Shown here: piece by piece, positions 1 to 10,247 of the stretch
How positions within the stretch are numbered: position 1 is the first letter of the stretch
Layout: every line of letters begins with the position of its first letter
Assembly: GCA_963724295.1 (NCBI GenBank)
Contig: CAVRUC010000009.1
Coordinates: 224,001 to 288,000, forward strand
Origin: an uncultured Chloroflexia bacterium
GTDB taxonomy: Bacteria > Chloroflexota > Chloroflexia > Thermomicrobiales > UBA6265
DNA: 64,000 bases
Direction of reading: 5' to 3'
Made by a program: the position numbers and the translations under genes
Notes under the pieces: generated by a model
Database searches by the model: none
Seen by the model: only the letters and a program-made list of their open reading frames with translations
What the model was told of the DNA's origin: nothing

Positions 1-1623
1 CTAGCGATGCACGTAGACCGGCGTGCCGAGCTCGGCCCAGTCCCAGAAATAGCGGGCGTCGTCGAGCAGCAGATTGACGCAGCCGTGGCTGCCGGGGCGA
101 CCGATCGTCTCCTTTGTCCGCCACCAGGCGAAATGAAGCGCGTGCCCAAGATCGGTGAAGTACTGGGTGAAGAGCACGTCGTCGAGCCGGTAATGATTCT
201 CCGCGCCGATCGCGCCGGAGGTCATCGTCTCGTTCGCGACCCGGCTCAGGATCGAGTAGGACCCTGGCGGCGTCTCCCAACCGGCCATGCCGGTCGTGAC
301 CTCGATCGTGCGCACCGGCGTCGTTCCGTCATACGCGGTGAGCAATTGCTGGATGAGGTTGATGTCGATCCACTTGCCCCAGATCGGCGCGTCGGCCGGT
401 AGTGGGGTGGGGAGCACCGGCGCATTCCGTCCAATATTGCGGGAATAGACGAAGCGGTCGTTGCCGATCTTGGCCCACATGTCGGCGCCCTCGTGGACCT
501 CCTCGCCCTGAACCCACTCCGTGACGGTGACGGGTGCGGCGTACTCCAGTGTCTCGACGATGCGGGATTTGGTCGTCGGCTCGCGGCGGACATTGGTTTC
601 CTCCAACGTCGCGCCCTGCCAGACCGAGAGATCCCAGTCGGCCACCTGGAGTTGCGGTAACGGTGGCCGCTCCGTAAGGTAGCTGGCCGACACCCAGCCG
701 GAGAGGCCATCCGCGTAGCCGGGGACCCACTCGCCGCTCGATCCCGCCGCGGCGATGAACTCGGTGTTGTCGGGCAGAACGGCCACCATGGCGGCATCGA
801 GATTCGGCGCGGCCCGCAACCGTAGCCCGTCGGACGCCTTGATCAGAAATGTGCTGCCGCCGGTCGGCGGCGCAGGCTGAAAGGCGGCGTCGCCCAGCAC
901 ACCGTCCCGCTCCGCCAGGTAACGACCCATCGGCCGCAGCGAGACGACGCCGCCACGGTTCTCCAGAATGGCGCTCTCCAAGACCTGGATCTGGATGCCG
1001 GGGTCAGCAGAATCGGTGAATGGCTCGGAGACCGGTGGGCCGAAAAGGGTCTCGCCGTCCCACTGCTGCCAGAACGACGCGAACGGCTCGCTCAACGTGT
1101 GGCTCGTCTCAGGAAAGAACCGGCAATTCGCGCTTGCGGCCTGGCAGCCGGGCACCGGGTCGCCGGCGCGGCCCACCAGCGCCTCGGCCCAGACCGACTT
1201 TCCCAGTGGTTGACCGCGGACGTCATTCGGCGGCGCCTGGCCGGGGTCATACAGCATGACCAGGTTCTCGAAGGTCTGGAGCACGCCGCCGGCGCCGGCA
1301 GCGTAGCGCTCTTCGGAGAGCGGTGCGCCGAAGACGGATTCGCCTCCGGCCTGATGCCAACGCGATCGGAATGGCTCGGCCAGGTTATGCCCCGTCTCGG
1401 CGAAGTAGAGGCTGCCGGCGCCGGGCGCCGCTGGCGCGACCTCTGACCCCGGCGCCGGTGTGGTTCCCTCTGATGGCACGATCTCCTGCGCCGCGGCAGT
1501 CTGAATCTGATTCAGCCCTCGCCACATCGCGCCGAGTCCGAGCGCGCCCGCGGTTAGAGCCAGGAAACGCCGCCGCGCGAAGCGTCCGAGGTGGGCGGCT
1601 CTGCATTCGTTCATCCACGTCAC
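1..1623 (-). CDS. Tat-exported L,D-transpeptidase family protein with Chloroflexota FPETGH-type repeats and SH3-like domains
   Basis: RRRFL twin-arginine signal; YFAETGHNL and FFPETSHTL repeats; LRLRAAP and NVRREP SH3b-like segments; C-terminal YkuD domain with HALH...SHGCVN catalytic motif. Confidence 0.88.
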   Translation of the reverse strand: MTWMNECRAAHLGRFARRRFLALTAGALGLGAMWRGLNQIQTAAAQEIVPSEGTTPAPGSEVAPAAPGAGSLYFAETGHNLAEPFRSRWHQAGGESVFGAPLSEERYAAGAGGVLQTFENLVMLYDPGQAPPNDVRGQPLGKSVWAEALVGRAGDPVPGCQAASANCRFFPETSHTLSEPFASFWQQWDGETLFGPPVSEPFTDSADPGIQIQVLESAILENRGGVVSLRPMGRYLAERDGVLGDAAFQPAPPTGGSTFLIKASDGLRLRAAPNLDAAMVAVLPDNTEFIAAAGSSGEWVPGYADGLSGWVSASYLTERPPLPQLQVADWDLSVWQGATLEETNVRREPTTKSRIVETLEYAAPVTVTEWVQGEEVHEGADMWAKIGNDRFVYSRNIGRNAPVLPTPLPADAPIWGKWIDINLIQQLLTAYDGTTPVRTIEVTTGMAGWETPPGSYSILSRVANETMTSGAIGAENHYRLDDVLFTQYFTDLGHALHFAWWRTKETIGRPGSHGCVNLLLDDARYFWDWAELGTPVYVHR

Positions 1624-1872
1624 TCCGATGACCGCGCTGCCCGCGATGGAGCGGTCGCGGACGATGCCTGCCGCGGGGAACGGGGTCGATCAGTTGCTGA
1701 AGTCGGGGCGTCGAAACTATACGATCTGTCTCCCGCACGGGTCGAGAAGATGGAGCCCATCCTCCTCATCGTGAGGAGTTACGCCGCTTCGGAGTCCGTG
1801 GTTCCCGAAGTCGCGTTCAGGCGAAGACCACTCCCAGTTGCGGCAGCGGGCCCCACCAGGTGAGATCGCGGA

Positions 1873-2181
1873 TCAGTCGTAGAGGGCGTGGAACTCGTCG
1901 GCGTCGACGGAGTGGACGCGGCGACTGAGCGCGAGGATGATCGCCAGACCGACGGCTGCCTCGGCCGCGGCGACCGCGATCGTGAAGAGCACGAATCCCT
2001 CGCCGTACATGGTGCTCGTCTCGCGGGCAAACGCGACGAGACTCAGGTTGACCGCGTTCATCATCAACTCGACGCACATGAACATGATGATCAGGTTGCG
2101 CCGCACCAGGACGCCCATCAACCCGATGACGAAGAGGGCCGCGCTCAGGAAGAGGAAATGGTTGGTGGTCAATTCCGTCAT
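1873..2181 (-). CDS. nuoK: NADH-quinone oxidoreductase subunit K
   Basis: RRNLII, VELMMNAVNL and VAAAEAAVGLAI motifs. Confidence 0.95.
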   Translation of the reverse strand: MTELTTNHFLFLSAALFVIGLMGVLVRRNLIIMFMCVELMMNAVNLSLVAFARETSTMYGEGFVLFTIAVAAAEAAVGLAIILALSRRVHSVDADEFHALYD

Positions 2182-2907
2182 CGCTGTCCCGCGTCTCCCG
2201 GCTCCCGGCTCCCGACGCTCGTGTAAAGATCGGGGTCTCGCACCAGGATGATCTCGCGCGTTGCCTCGAGCGCTCCGGTGGCCTGTTGATCGGACCGGGT
2301 GATCGACGCCGCGGTCGCTGGTCCCTCCGGCAGCGCGATGTCGGTTCCCCGCGGATGCCCGAGTGAGATCGTGCCGAGACGCTCGCCGAGCCGCTCTGGC
2401 AAGGCCAGGACGATGGCGCCCACGACCCCGATCAGGAGCACCAACGAGACCACCTCAAAGGGAAGCAGGGCCTGGGTGAAGAGGAAATTACCGAAGGCCT
2501 GAGTGCTGCCCCCCAGAAAGGCGATATTCTCCGGTGTCGCGTTGCCTGTCGTACCGACTTACGGCCCGGTTGGCGATCGCTGCCGCCACCTCCAGAAACA
2601 GGATGACACCCAGCAGTGGACCGACGATGCGTTGCACCGGGTGCCCGCCGCCACGCTCCGGAAGCTTCTCGGGATCGATGAGCAGGAGGAAGAAGAGCAT
2701 CAGTACCAACACGGCGCCGGCGTAGACGATGACCTGCGCGGCGGCCAGGAACTCCGCGCCGAGCATGACGAAGATGCCTGCCGTGTTGAACAGGGTCAGC
2801 ACCAGAAAGATGGCGGAATGGATGGGATTCCTGACCGCCACCATCCCGATCGCCGCCAGCACTGAGATGATGCTCAGCAGGTAAAAGAAGAGTGCGTTCC
2901 AGGCCAT
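2178..2907 (-). CDS. nuoJ: NADH-quinone oxidoreductase subunit J (apparent +1 frameshift near 2560)
   Basis: RNPIHSA and AAAQVIVYAGAV in ORF 2488..2907; removing one base near 2560 restores ...GNFLFTQALLPFEVVSLVLLIGVVGAIVLA in the 2178..2453 frame. Confidence 0.9.
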
Positions 2908-2932
2908 CCGCTGGCTCCTCCCGTTCTCGGCC

Positions 2933-3988
2933 TCAGAAGCTCAGCTGGCCGTTGCCGATGAGCCGGATCAGCGCGGTAATCAGGATGTTGATCAGCACCA
3001 GCGGCAGTAGCACTTTCCAGGCGATCCCCATCAACTGGTCGTAGCGGAAACGGGGCAGCGTGGCGCGTAGCCAGATGTAGAAGAAGAGAAACAGGACCAC
3101 CTTCAGCAGGAGCCAGAGGACGCCCGCACCCCAGAAGCGGTCCGCCCCCGGCCCGTCGACACCACCCAGAAACAACGTCGCCGCGAAAAGTGAGACGACG
3201 ATCATGTTGATGTATTCGCCGAGGTAGAAGAACGAGAAGCGGAATGCCGAGTACTCCGTGTGGAACCCGGAGACAAGCTCCGTCTCCGCCTCCGGCAGAT
3301 CAAACGGCGCCCGGTTCGTTTCGGCGACGGCGGCGAGGAAGAAGATCACGAAGGCGAGCGGCTGGGACAGGATGTACCAGTTCGGCAGTGTCAACGTCAG
3401 CCCGCCGACCACGAACACGAGGTCGCGCGTCTGCTGCTCCATGATGGTGCGGATGCTGAGCGAGGACGACAGGAGGAAAATGCCCACCAGCGACAGACCG
3501 AGCACGATCTCGTAGGAGACGACCTGGGCCGCGGAGCGGAGTCCACCGAGCAGCGAATAGCGGTTGGCCGAGGCGTATCCGCCAAGGATGATGCCGTAGA
3601 CGCCGAGCGACCCGAATGCGAGCAGAAAGAGTGCGCCGACGTTCAGGTCAGTCACCCAGAGGTTGACTGGATGTCCGAAGACCGTGATCGTGTCGCCAAA
3701 AGGGATCACCGCGACCCGCGTGATGGCCATCACGAAGACAACCAGCGGTGCGAAGTAGAAGACCACTTTGTCGGCATGGGCTGGAATGAGGTCTTCCTTG
3801 CCGAGCAGCTTGATGCCGTCAGCGAGAGGCTGCAAGAGCCCCTTCGGACCGGTGCGGTTGGGACCAACGCGGTCCTGCATGGCGGCGAGCACCTTGCGCT
3901 CGTACCACGTCATATACGCCATGCCGACGAGAAGGACGTTCATGAAGATGAACGCCACCAGAAACGTCAGCCAGATTGGCTGATCCAT
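2933..3988 (-). CDS. nuoH: NADH-quinone oxidoreductase subunit H
   Basis: ERKVLAAMQDRVGPNR, AETNRAPFDLPEAE and LPRFRYDQLM motifs. Confidence 0.97.
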   Translation of the reverse strand: MDQPIWLTFLVAFIFMNVLLVGMAYMTWYERKVLAAMQDRVGPNRTGPKGLLQPLADGIKLLGKEDLIPAHADKVVFYFAPLVVFVMAITRVAVIPFGDTITVFGHPVNLWVTDLNVGALFLLAFGSLGVYGIILGGYASANRYSLLGGLRSAAQVVSYEIVLGLSLVGIFLLSSSLSIRTIMEQQTRDLVFVVGGLTLTLPNWYILSQPLAFVIFFLAAVAETNRAPFDLPEAETELVSGFHTEYSAFRFSFFYLGEYINMIVVSLFAATLFLGGVDGPGADRFWGAGVLWLLLKVVLFLFFYIWLRATLPRFRYDQLMGIAWKVLLPLVLINILITALIRLIGNGQLSF

Positions 3989-4111
3989 GCGAGCGCCTTG
4001 CTCCTGCCGACTACCCCGATCTCACATCAAAGCCGGCCGCGTAGGTGCGCCGGCACAATTGGCAATTCTGCCACGCCTGAGGCGCCCGCGTACACCGGCT
4101 CGATGGCGCCG

Positions 4112-5290
4112 TCAGCGTTCGATCTGCGCCGATCGCGTCGCGTTCGCGAGGACGGCCGTGAGCGCGGCGAGGAAGACGACAAACCCCATCATTGCCCGCA
4201 GCGATGTCAGTTCGGCCAGCCAGCCGAGGATCGGAGGCCCGGCCAGGAACCCGCCGTACCCGACCGTGGCCACGCTCGCCACCGCATGTCCGGCGGAAAC
4301 GGTCGGATGGTTACCGGCCGCGCTGAAGACGAGGGGGTAAACGATCGACAGCCCGAGCCCCACCGCGGCGAAGCCGATCAACATGGTCCCCGGCTGGTTG
4401 AGAAGGAGAGCGCCGCCAAGCCCGAGCGCCGCCAACGTGCCACCGGCGCGCACCAGGCGAGGTGCGCCGAAACGTTGTACGAGCGCGTCGCCCGAGAAGC
4501 GTCCGACGAGCATGGCCACCGAGAACGCGGCGAATCCCAGCGCGGCAAAGCCACTGCTCGTCCCGAGAACGTCTCGGAGATACAGACCGCCCCAGTCGGC
4601 GATCGCTCCCTCAGCAACCGACGCGCACAGGGCCAGAGCACCCAGGAGCCAGAGGGAACGCGGCGGCATGGCAAAGGTGGCTGCCGCGTCACTTTTCCGC
4701 GGATCTTTCGTGTCCGGGATCAGCCAACGGCGGATCCACGCCAGGCCAGCGACCCCAAATACGCTCGCTCCCAGAAAATGCCCCAGCGGCGGTACCCCGA
4801 GCTGCGCCACCCCCGCCCCGATCGCCGCCCCGGCGAACGCGCCCAGGCTGAAGCAGCCGTGCAACGAACTGATGATGCTGCGACCAACAAAGCGCTCGAC
4901 CTGGACGCCCTGGGCATTCATGGCGACGTCCATGCCGCCGTTGCCGAAGCCCACGACGAAGAGCGATACGAACAGCATCAGCAGCTGCGGGGCGACGCCG
5001 ACGAAGGGTAACGCCAGGATCATGACCAGTCCGAAGCACAGGACCGTGAACGCACTGGAGCGGGTGTCGATGAGTCGCCCGGCAATAGGAAACGCGAGAA
5101 GCGCGCCCGCGGCGAGAGCCATCAGCGCAATACCCACCTGGCCCGGACTGAGATCGAGTCGCTCCGTCAGGGTGGGAATGCGCGAGATCCAGGAGGCGAG
5201 TGTCACGCCGTTGACAAAGAAGACGGCGGCGATCGCAAACCATGCCTTGCGCTGCGTGGACTGTCTTTTCAATTCCACCGGCATAGTCAC
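4112..5290 (-). CDS. MFS transporter
   Basis: About 12 hydrophobic segments; WISRIP, DVAMNAQG and EGAIADW motifs of YbjJ-like MFS. Confidence 0.88.
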   Translation of the reverse strand: MTMPVELKRQSTQRKAWFAIAAVFFVNGVTLASWISRIPTLTERLDLSPGQVGIALMALAAGALLAFPIAGRLIDTRSSAFTVLCFGLVMILALPFVGVAPQLLMLFVSLFVVGFGNGGMDVAMNAQGVQVERFVGRSIISSLHGCFSLGAFAGAAIGAGVAQLGVPPLGHFLGASVFGVAGLAWIRRWLIPDTKDPRKSDAAATFAMPPRSLWLLGALALCASVAEGAIADWGGLYLRDVLGTSSGFAALGFAAFSVAMLVGRFSGDALVQRFGAPRLVRAGGTLAALGLGGALLLNQPGTMLIGFAAVGLGLSIVYPLVFSAAGNHPTVSAGHAVASVATVGYGGFLAGPPILGWLAELTSLRAMMGFVVFLAALTAVLANATRSAQIER

Positions 5291-5441
5291 ATGTGATTTC
5301 CTGCAAGAATGAATGGTCTACCCACTCTCGCACAGACCGGGAAATGCAGGTGCGAGGCCAGCCGGTACGGAGTGTGCTTCATGGCGGCAGAGGGAACGAA
5401 TGCGTCGGGTCGAAACGACAGGGATGATGGGGTGGCGGCCA

Positions 5442-6542
5442 GTGGAGCAGGTCAACGTCGGAGTTATCGGGCTCGGTGAGGTCGCGCAGATCATCCATCT
5501 CCCCATCCTGCAAGCCCTCAGCGATCGGTTTCGCATCCAGGCCGTCTGTGATATCTCTCCCGGGTTGCTGCGAGCGGTCGGTGACCGGTATGGAATAGCG
5601 GATGCCGATCGCCACGACGATCCCTTCGCCCTGGTGCGGCGGCCCGATCTCGACGCCGTCTTCGTCCTCAACAGCGACGAATACCACGCCGACTGCGTCA
5701 TCGCGTCGGCGCAAAGCGGCAAGCACGTCCTGGTCGAGAAGCCGATGTGCCTGACCTTCGCCGAGGCGGAGTCGATCATCAGGGCCCGGGACGAGACCGG
5801 CGTGCACGTCATGGTCGGCTACATGCGTCGCTTCGCACCCGCCTTCGTGCAGGCCGTCGCCGAGGTTCGCGCGCTGGGCAAGATCAACTATGCCCGCATC
5901 CGGGACATCATCGGCCGCAATCGGCTCATCATCGATCAGTCCAGCGTCGTCCTCCGCTTCGACGACATTCCCGAGGAGGCCAAGCTGGACCGCGCGGCGC
6001 GGGCGGAACGGCTGGTGCGCGAGGCGATCGGGGAGGCGCCCCCGGACATCGTCGGCGCCTACCGCTTCCTGCTCGGGCTGAACAGTCACGACATCTCGGC
6101 CATGCGGGAGTTGCTCGGGATGCCGCAAGGCGTCGTCTGCGCCCGCCACTGGAACGCCGGAAAATTCCTGACCGTGGTCTTCGCCTACGACGGCTACTAT
6201 GCCGTCCTGGAGTCGGGCGTCGACGAGCAGCTCCGCTTCGACGCCCATATCGAGGTCTATGGGCTCTCGAAATCGGTCAAGGTCCAGTACGACTCCCCCT
6301 ATATCCGGCACCTGCCGACGACCCTGGTGATCGACGAGACGGTCGGTGATGCGTACCAGCAACGGGTGGAGCGCCCGACCTTCAAGGATCCCTACACGCA
6401 CGAGATCGAATACTTCCACCAGGTCGTCACCGCGGGCGTGGCGCCGAAGACCACCCCCGAGGACTTCATGGACGACCTGCGCCTGATGCGCCAGATCGTC
6501 GACGCCTTGCGCGCTGAGCCTACCGCCGGAAATCCAGGGTGA
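5442..6542 (+). CDS. Gfo/Idh/MocA family oxidoreductase
   Basis: VGVIGLG Rossmann motif; GKHVLVEKPM; VGYMRRF; likely GTG start at 5442 (ORF open from 5313). Confidence 0.9.
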   Translation: MEQVNVGVIGLGEVAQIIHLPILQALSDRFRIQAVCDISPGLLRAVGDRYGIADADRHDDPFALVRRPDLDAVFVLNSDEYHADCVIASAQSGKHVLVEKPMCLTFAEAESIIRARDETGVHVMVGYMRRFAPAFVQAVAEVRALGKINYARIRDIIGRNRLIIDQSSVVLRFDDIPEEAKLDRAARAERLVREAIGEAPPDIVGAYRFLLGLNSHDISAMRELLGMPQGVVCARHWNAGKFLTVVFAYDGYYAVLESGVDEQLRFDAHIEVYGLSKSVKVQYDSPYIRHLPTTLVIDETVGDAYQQRVERPTFKDPYTHEIEYFHQVVTAGVAPKTTPEDFMDDLRLMRQIVDALRAEPTAGNPG

Positions 6543-6549
6543 GGATCGC

Positions 6550-7539
6550 ATGACCTCCCCGATACCGATCGTCATCGACACCGACGTCGGCGCAGACCCC
6601 GACGATGCCCTGGCGCTGGTGCTGGCATTGGCCTCGCCCGAGATCGACGTGCGCGGCGTGACGATCGTCAGCGGCGATGTCGCGTGGCGCGCCCGGATCG
6701 CCACCCGGCTGCTCGGGATGGCCGGCCGGTCAGACGTCCCCGTATTCCTGGGGTGCGGCGATCCACCTCAGATGTCAGGCGCCGAAGGCGAGGGAGTGCT
6801 CGACCTTCCGTACGATGGCCCCGAGGCGACAGTCGAGACCACCCCGGCTGTCGACTGGCTCCTCGCTGAGTCCCGCCGCCGGTCCTTTCATCTCGTCGCC
6901 ATCGGACCACTGACGAACGTCGCCGCCGCGATCGAGCAAGATCCTGGGTTCGCGGAACGCCTGCTCGGCTTGACGGTGATGGGGGGTTTGCTCGACGAGC
7001 GATCGATGCCCATCGCCTGGCAGCGCGCCATTCAGCAGAGGGGACCCGCCGCCTGGCCTGACTACAACACGATGTGTGACCCGGCCGCCGCCCTGACCGT
7101 CGCTCGTTGCGGCATTCCGATCACCTGGGTCACGCTCGATGTCACCATGCGTGCGCCGCTGCGCGCGGCTGCGCGCGGGATGCTGCCTGCGGAACATCCG
7201 CTCAGCGCCGCCCTGGGCCGGATGATCGACGCCTGGCACGCGGTCTGGTTTCCGGCCGCGCTGCCTCCACCCGACGATCCAAGCCCGGTTCCCGCTGATG
7301 CCGTAGCCATCCTGCACGACCCGCTGGCGGTGGCGGCTCTCTTTCCGGGCGAGTGGCTGCACCTGCGGCCGGCCCAGCTCGCCTCTGCCATCGAGGACGG
7401 CGTCTTTCGCCTGCACGAGCAGCCCGGCGGCGCGCCAGGATGGCTGGCGGACGAGGTGGACGGTCCTCAATTCGAGGCGTTTCTTGTGGCACGCATCATG
7501 CGGCTTATGGCGCGATTGTCGGTGCCTGAGGCACCGTAA
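6550..7539 (+). CDS. Nucleoside hydrolase (IU-NH family)
   Basis: IDTDVGADPDDA, AIGPLTNVA and LHDPLA motifs. Confidence 0.88.
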   Translation: MTSPIPIVIDTDVGADPDDALALVLALASPEIDVRGVTIVSGDVAWRARIATRLLGMAGRSDVPVFLGCGDPPQMSGAEGEGVLDLPYDGPEATVETTPAVDWLLAESRRRSFHLVAIGPLTNVAAAIEQDPGFAERLLGLTVMGGLLDERSMPIAWQRAIQQRGPAAWPDYNTMCDPAAALTVARCGIPITWVTLDVTMRAPLRAAARGMLPAEHPLSAALGRMIDAWHAVWFPAALPPPDDPSPVPADAVAILHDPLAVAALFPGEWLHLRPAQLASAIEDGVFRLHEQPGGAPGWLADEVDGPQFEAFLVARIMRLMARLSVPEAP

Positions 7540-7656
7540 ATCGAGTCCGGAGTCCTGCATCGGCCGTGGCGCGAGGGCAGAGGTGGGGCTTCAGGCAGAC
7601 GCCTCGGGTGACCCCGAGAGCTCATCTCGCGCCGGCAAGTTGTGGAGACCGATCTC

Positions 7657-7686
7657 TTGACAGCGTCCTCGACGCGGTCATAGAGT
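7657..7686 (+). promoter_or_regulatory. Sigma70-type promoter of the sugar ABC operon
   Basis: TTGACA (7657-7662) - 18 nt - TAGAGT (7681-7686). Confidence 0.65.
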
Positions 7687-7695
7687 CTGCCGTCC

Positions 7696-7711
7696 CTGCA
7701 AACGTTTGCAG
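7696..7711. promoter_or_regulatory. LacI-family operator
   Basis: Perfect 16-bp palindrome CTGCAAACGTTTGCAG with the central CG typical of LacI/PurR/RbsR sites, just downstream of the -10; a LacI gene lies in the same cluster. Confidence 0.75.
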
Positions 7712-7780
7712 AGCAGCGTCGGGCGGATGGGATCGGGTGCGGGCCGGACCGCGATCCGGCTGATCGACAAGGAGGTCGTG

Positions 7781-9166
7781 GTGGCAAGTCTGAAGTTCCG
7801 GCGCTGGCAGTTGCAGTTGCAGAGACTCGTAGCGCTCGTGGCCGTCCTGGCGCTGCTCTTTCCCGTCGTCGGCCTTGCCCAGGAGGAAGAGGCGCCAGAG
7901 GTCACGCCCCAACCAACCATTCCCCCCGCCGAGGGCGCTGTTCAGCTTCAGTACTGGGATATGCAGTGGGGCGAGGCCAGCTTCATGTCCGCCCTCCAGG
8001 ACAACGTCACCGAGTTCAACCGCACGCACCCTGACATCCATGTCACCTTCACCCAGCTCAGCTGGGCCGACTACATGCAGAAGATTCTGTCCGCGATCCA
8101 GGCCGGTAACCCACCCGACATCAGCGGTGGTGACTCCGGCATCGCCTTCAACATGGCGGCACAGGGTCAGGCGCTCGATATCTCCGATCTCTATGCGGAG
8201 TGGGAAGCCGACGGCACGCTGGAGGACATGACCGACTGGGCGCATGAGAAATGGGACTGGAACGGGATGCGCCCCGGCGTCACCTGGCAGTTCGACAGCC
8301 GGGTCATCTTCTACCGCAAAGATCTCTTCGAGCAGGCTGGTATTGAACCCCCCACCACCTGGGAAGAGTGGATGGCCGCGGCGCAGGCACTGCACAACCC
8401 GGATGCGGGGATCGCCGGCATGGCTCTGCCCGCCAAGCAGGGCAGCTACGACACCGACCAGTTCTGGATGACCCTCGTCCTGCAAGCGGGTGGCGGCATC
8501 GCCGACGAAGAGGGCAATCTAACCATCAACAGTCCAGAGAACCTTCAGGCTCTCCAATTCGAGAAGGCGCTGGTCGATTGTTGCACCGCGCGCGGCACCC
8601 CCTCCTGGTCGTTTGCCGAGGTGCAGCGCGCCTACGAGCAGGGTCAGGCGGCAATGTCCTTCGGCCACGGTGGCATGATCCAGGAGCTGCAGAACAACGC
8701 GCCGGAGATCTTCGAGAACACCGGCGTCCTGCCGCCGTTGATCGGTCCGGGTGGTCCGGAGGCGGCGCACATCGTCTCCTTTGCCAACCCGTGGATGATC
8801 TATAGCCAGACCGAGCATCCGGAAGAGGCAAAGATCTTCCTGCGTTGGATGATGGAGCCCGAGAACCTCGCCAAGCTCTATGAGGCTCAGCCAGGCAACA
8901 AGTGGCCCGTCTACCGGTCTTTGGCCGAGTCGCCGGTCTATCAGGAAAACGAGCTGCTGGCCGAACTAGCGCGGCAGACGGTCGAGAGCGGCGTCGACTA
9001 CTGGTATCCGAACAATGCGGCCGCCGTGGGCATCGGCTCGATGGGCACCAGTCTCACCGACCTGATCGTCAACCCCGTCGTCAGCGGAAACCGTTCGCCG
9101 GAGGACGCGCTCGCGGATGCCCAGGCGCAACTCGAGCCGCTCTTCCAACAGGCGCCGGGAAGCTAG
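7781..9166 (+). CDS. Carbohydrate ABC transporter substrate-binding protein
   Basis: AAGGAGG RBS; Sec signal ending VGLA|QEE; FYRKDLFEQAGIEPPTTWEE motif of family 1 SBP. Confidence 0.9.
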   Translation: MASLKFRRWQLQLQRLVALVAVLALLFPVVGLAQEEEAPEVTPQPTIPPAEGAVQLQYWDMQWGEASFMSALQDNVTEFNRTHPDIHVTFTQLSWADYMQKILSAIQAGNPPDISGGDSGIAFNMAAQGQALDISDLYAEWEADGTLEDMTDWAHEKWDWNGMRPGVTWQFDSRVIFYRKDLFEQAGIEPPTTWEEWMAAAQALHNPDAGIAGMALPAKQGSYDTDQFWMTLVLQAGGGIADEEGNLTINSPENLQALQFEKALVDCCTARGTPSWSFAEVQRAYEQGQAAMSFGHGGMIQELQNNAPEIFENTGVLPPLIGPGGPEAAHIVSFANPWMIYSQTEHPEEAKIFLRWMMEPENLAKLYEAQPGNKWPVYRSLAESPVYQENELLAELARQTVESGVDYWYPNNAAAVGIGSMGTSLTDLIVNPVVSGNRSPEDALADAQAQLEPLFQQAPGS

Positions 9167-9171
9167 GTACG

Positions 9172-9250
9172 AGGGTCGCCGGGTCACAGGGTGGCGGGGC
9201 GAACGTGCCAGCCACCCCGCCACCCCGCCACCACGAGCGAAGCGAGTAGC
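9172..9250. repeat. Intergenic palindromic repeat, family A (GGGTGGC.../...GCCACCC arms)
   Basis: 8-mer arm units plus core CCACCACGAGCGAAGCGAGTA (9228-9248), also found at 18179-18199 (reverse) and 42552-42572. Confidence 0.75.
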
Positions 9251-9279
9251 CACCGTATCACTCTACGCGGAGACGACCG

Positions 9280-10233
9280 ATGCAGCACGCCACGACGCTC
9301 ACCCGGCCGCAGCCCGCGACCAGTTCCGGCTGGAACAGACTGCGCGAACACGTTGGGCGACATGCTCTCCCGTATCTTCTGATCCTGCCCTCGCTGATCT
9401 TTCTGGCGGCGATCGAGTTCTATCCGCTCGGGGTTGGCCTCTCCGAGGCACTGCAGTACCACAACCGCGTGCAGCCCTGGGCGACCCGCTTTGTCGGCCT
9501 CGACAACTTCGTCCAGGCCTTTCGGAACCACGATGTGCAACAGGCGCTGCGAACGTCACTCGTGATGGTCGTCGGCATCGTGGGACTGAGCTATCTCCTG
9601 GGGCTGGTCGCCGGTATCCTCCTCAACCAGAAGATCCGCGGGCGCGGCATCTACCGGGCATTGCTGCTGGTGCCGTGGATCGCTCCCCCGATCGTCGCCT
9701 ACATCAGCTGGCAATGGATGCTCAACGATCAGCTGGGAACGATCAATCGGTACCTCATCCGGCTTGGACTCGTCGATCCGTTCGACCCGATCATCTGGCT
9801 CGCCGATCCGGTGCTGGCGATGCTTTCCGTCATCGTCGTCGGCACCTGGTTTCGCTTCCCGTTCATGATGATCACCGTCCTTGCCGCGCTCGCCGCGATC
9901 CCTGACGAGTTACATGAGGCGGCGTCGCTTGACGGCGCAAACATGTTGCAACGCTTCCGTGACGTCACGTTGCCGCTGATCATGCCAGTCAGCATCATCG
10001 CCATCCTGTTGCAGGCGATCTGGACGTTCAACGACTTTGCGCTCACCTTTGTCCTGACAGGAGGCGGGCCGGCCAACGCCACCACCCCGCTGATCCTGAT
10101 GGCCTATCGCGAGGCCTTCCAGCGATTCAATATCGGCTATGGAACGTCGCTGGCGGTCATCTCGATGGTGCTGATGTTGGCGATCGGTACGGTCTATCTG
10201 CGGTTGCAAGCGCGGCAAGACGCGGCTGCCTAA
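9280..10233 (+). CDS. Carbohydrate ABC transporter permease (MalF-like)
   Basis: FVGLDNF; EAA loop ELHEAASLDGA. Confidence 0.93.
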   Translation: MQHATTLTRPQPATSSGWNRLREHVGRHALPYLLILPSLIFLAAIEFYPLGVGLSEALQYHNRVQPWATRFVGLDNFVQAFRNHDVQQALRTSLVMVVGIVGLSYLLGLVAGILLNQKIRGRGIYRALLLVPWIAPPIVAYISWQWMLNDQLGTINRYLIRLGLVDPFDPIIWLADPVLAMLSVIVVGTWFRFPFMMITVLAALAAIPDELHEAASLDGANMLQRFRDVTLPLIMPVSIIAILLQAIWTFNDFALTFVLTGGGPANATTPLILMAYREAFQRFNIGYGTSLAVISMVLMLAIGTVYLRLQARQDAAA

Positions 10234-10247
10234 AAGGAGGGTCGGCG

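Noticed and set aside
5287..5296. Palindrome TCACATGTGA at the MFS start
   Set aside because: Only 10 bp, single copy, and no cognate regulator nearby
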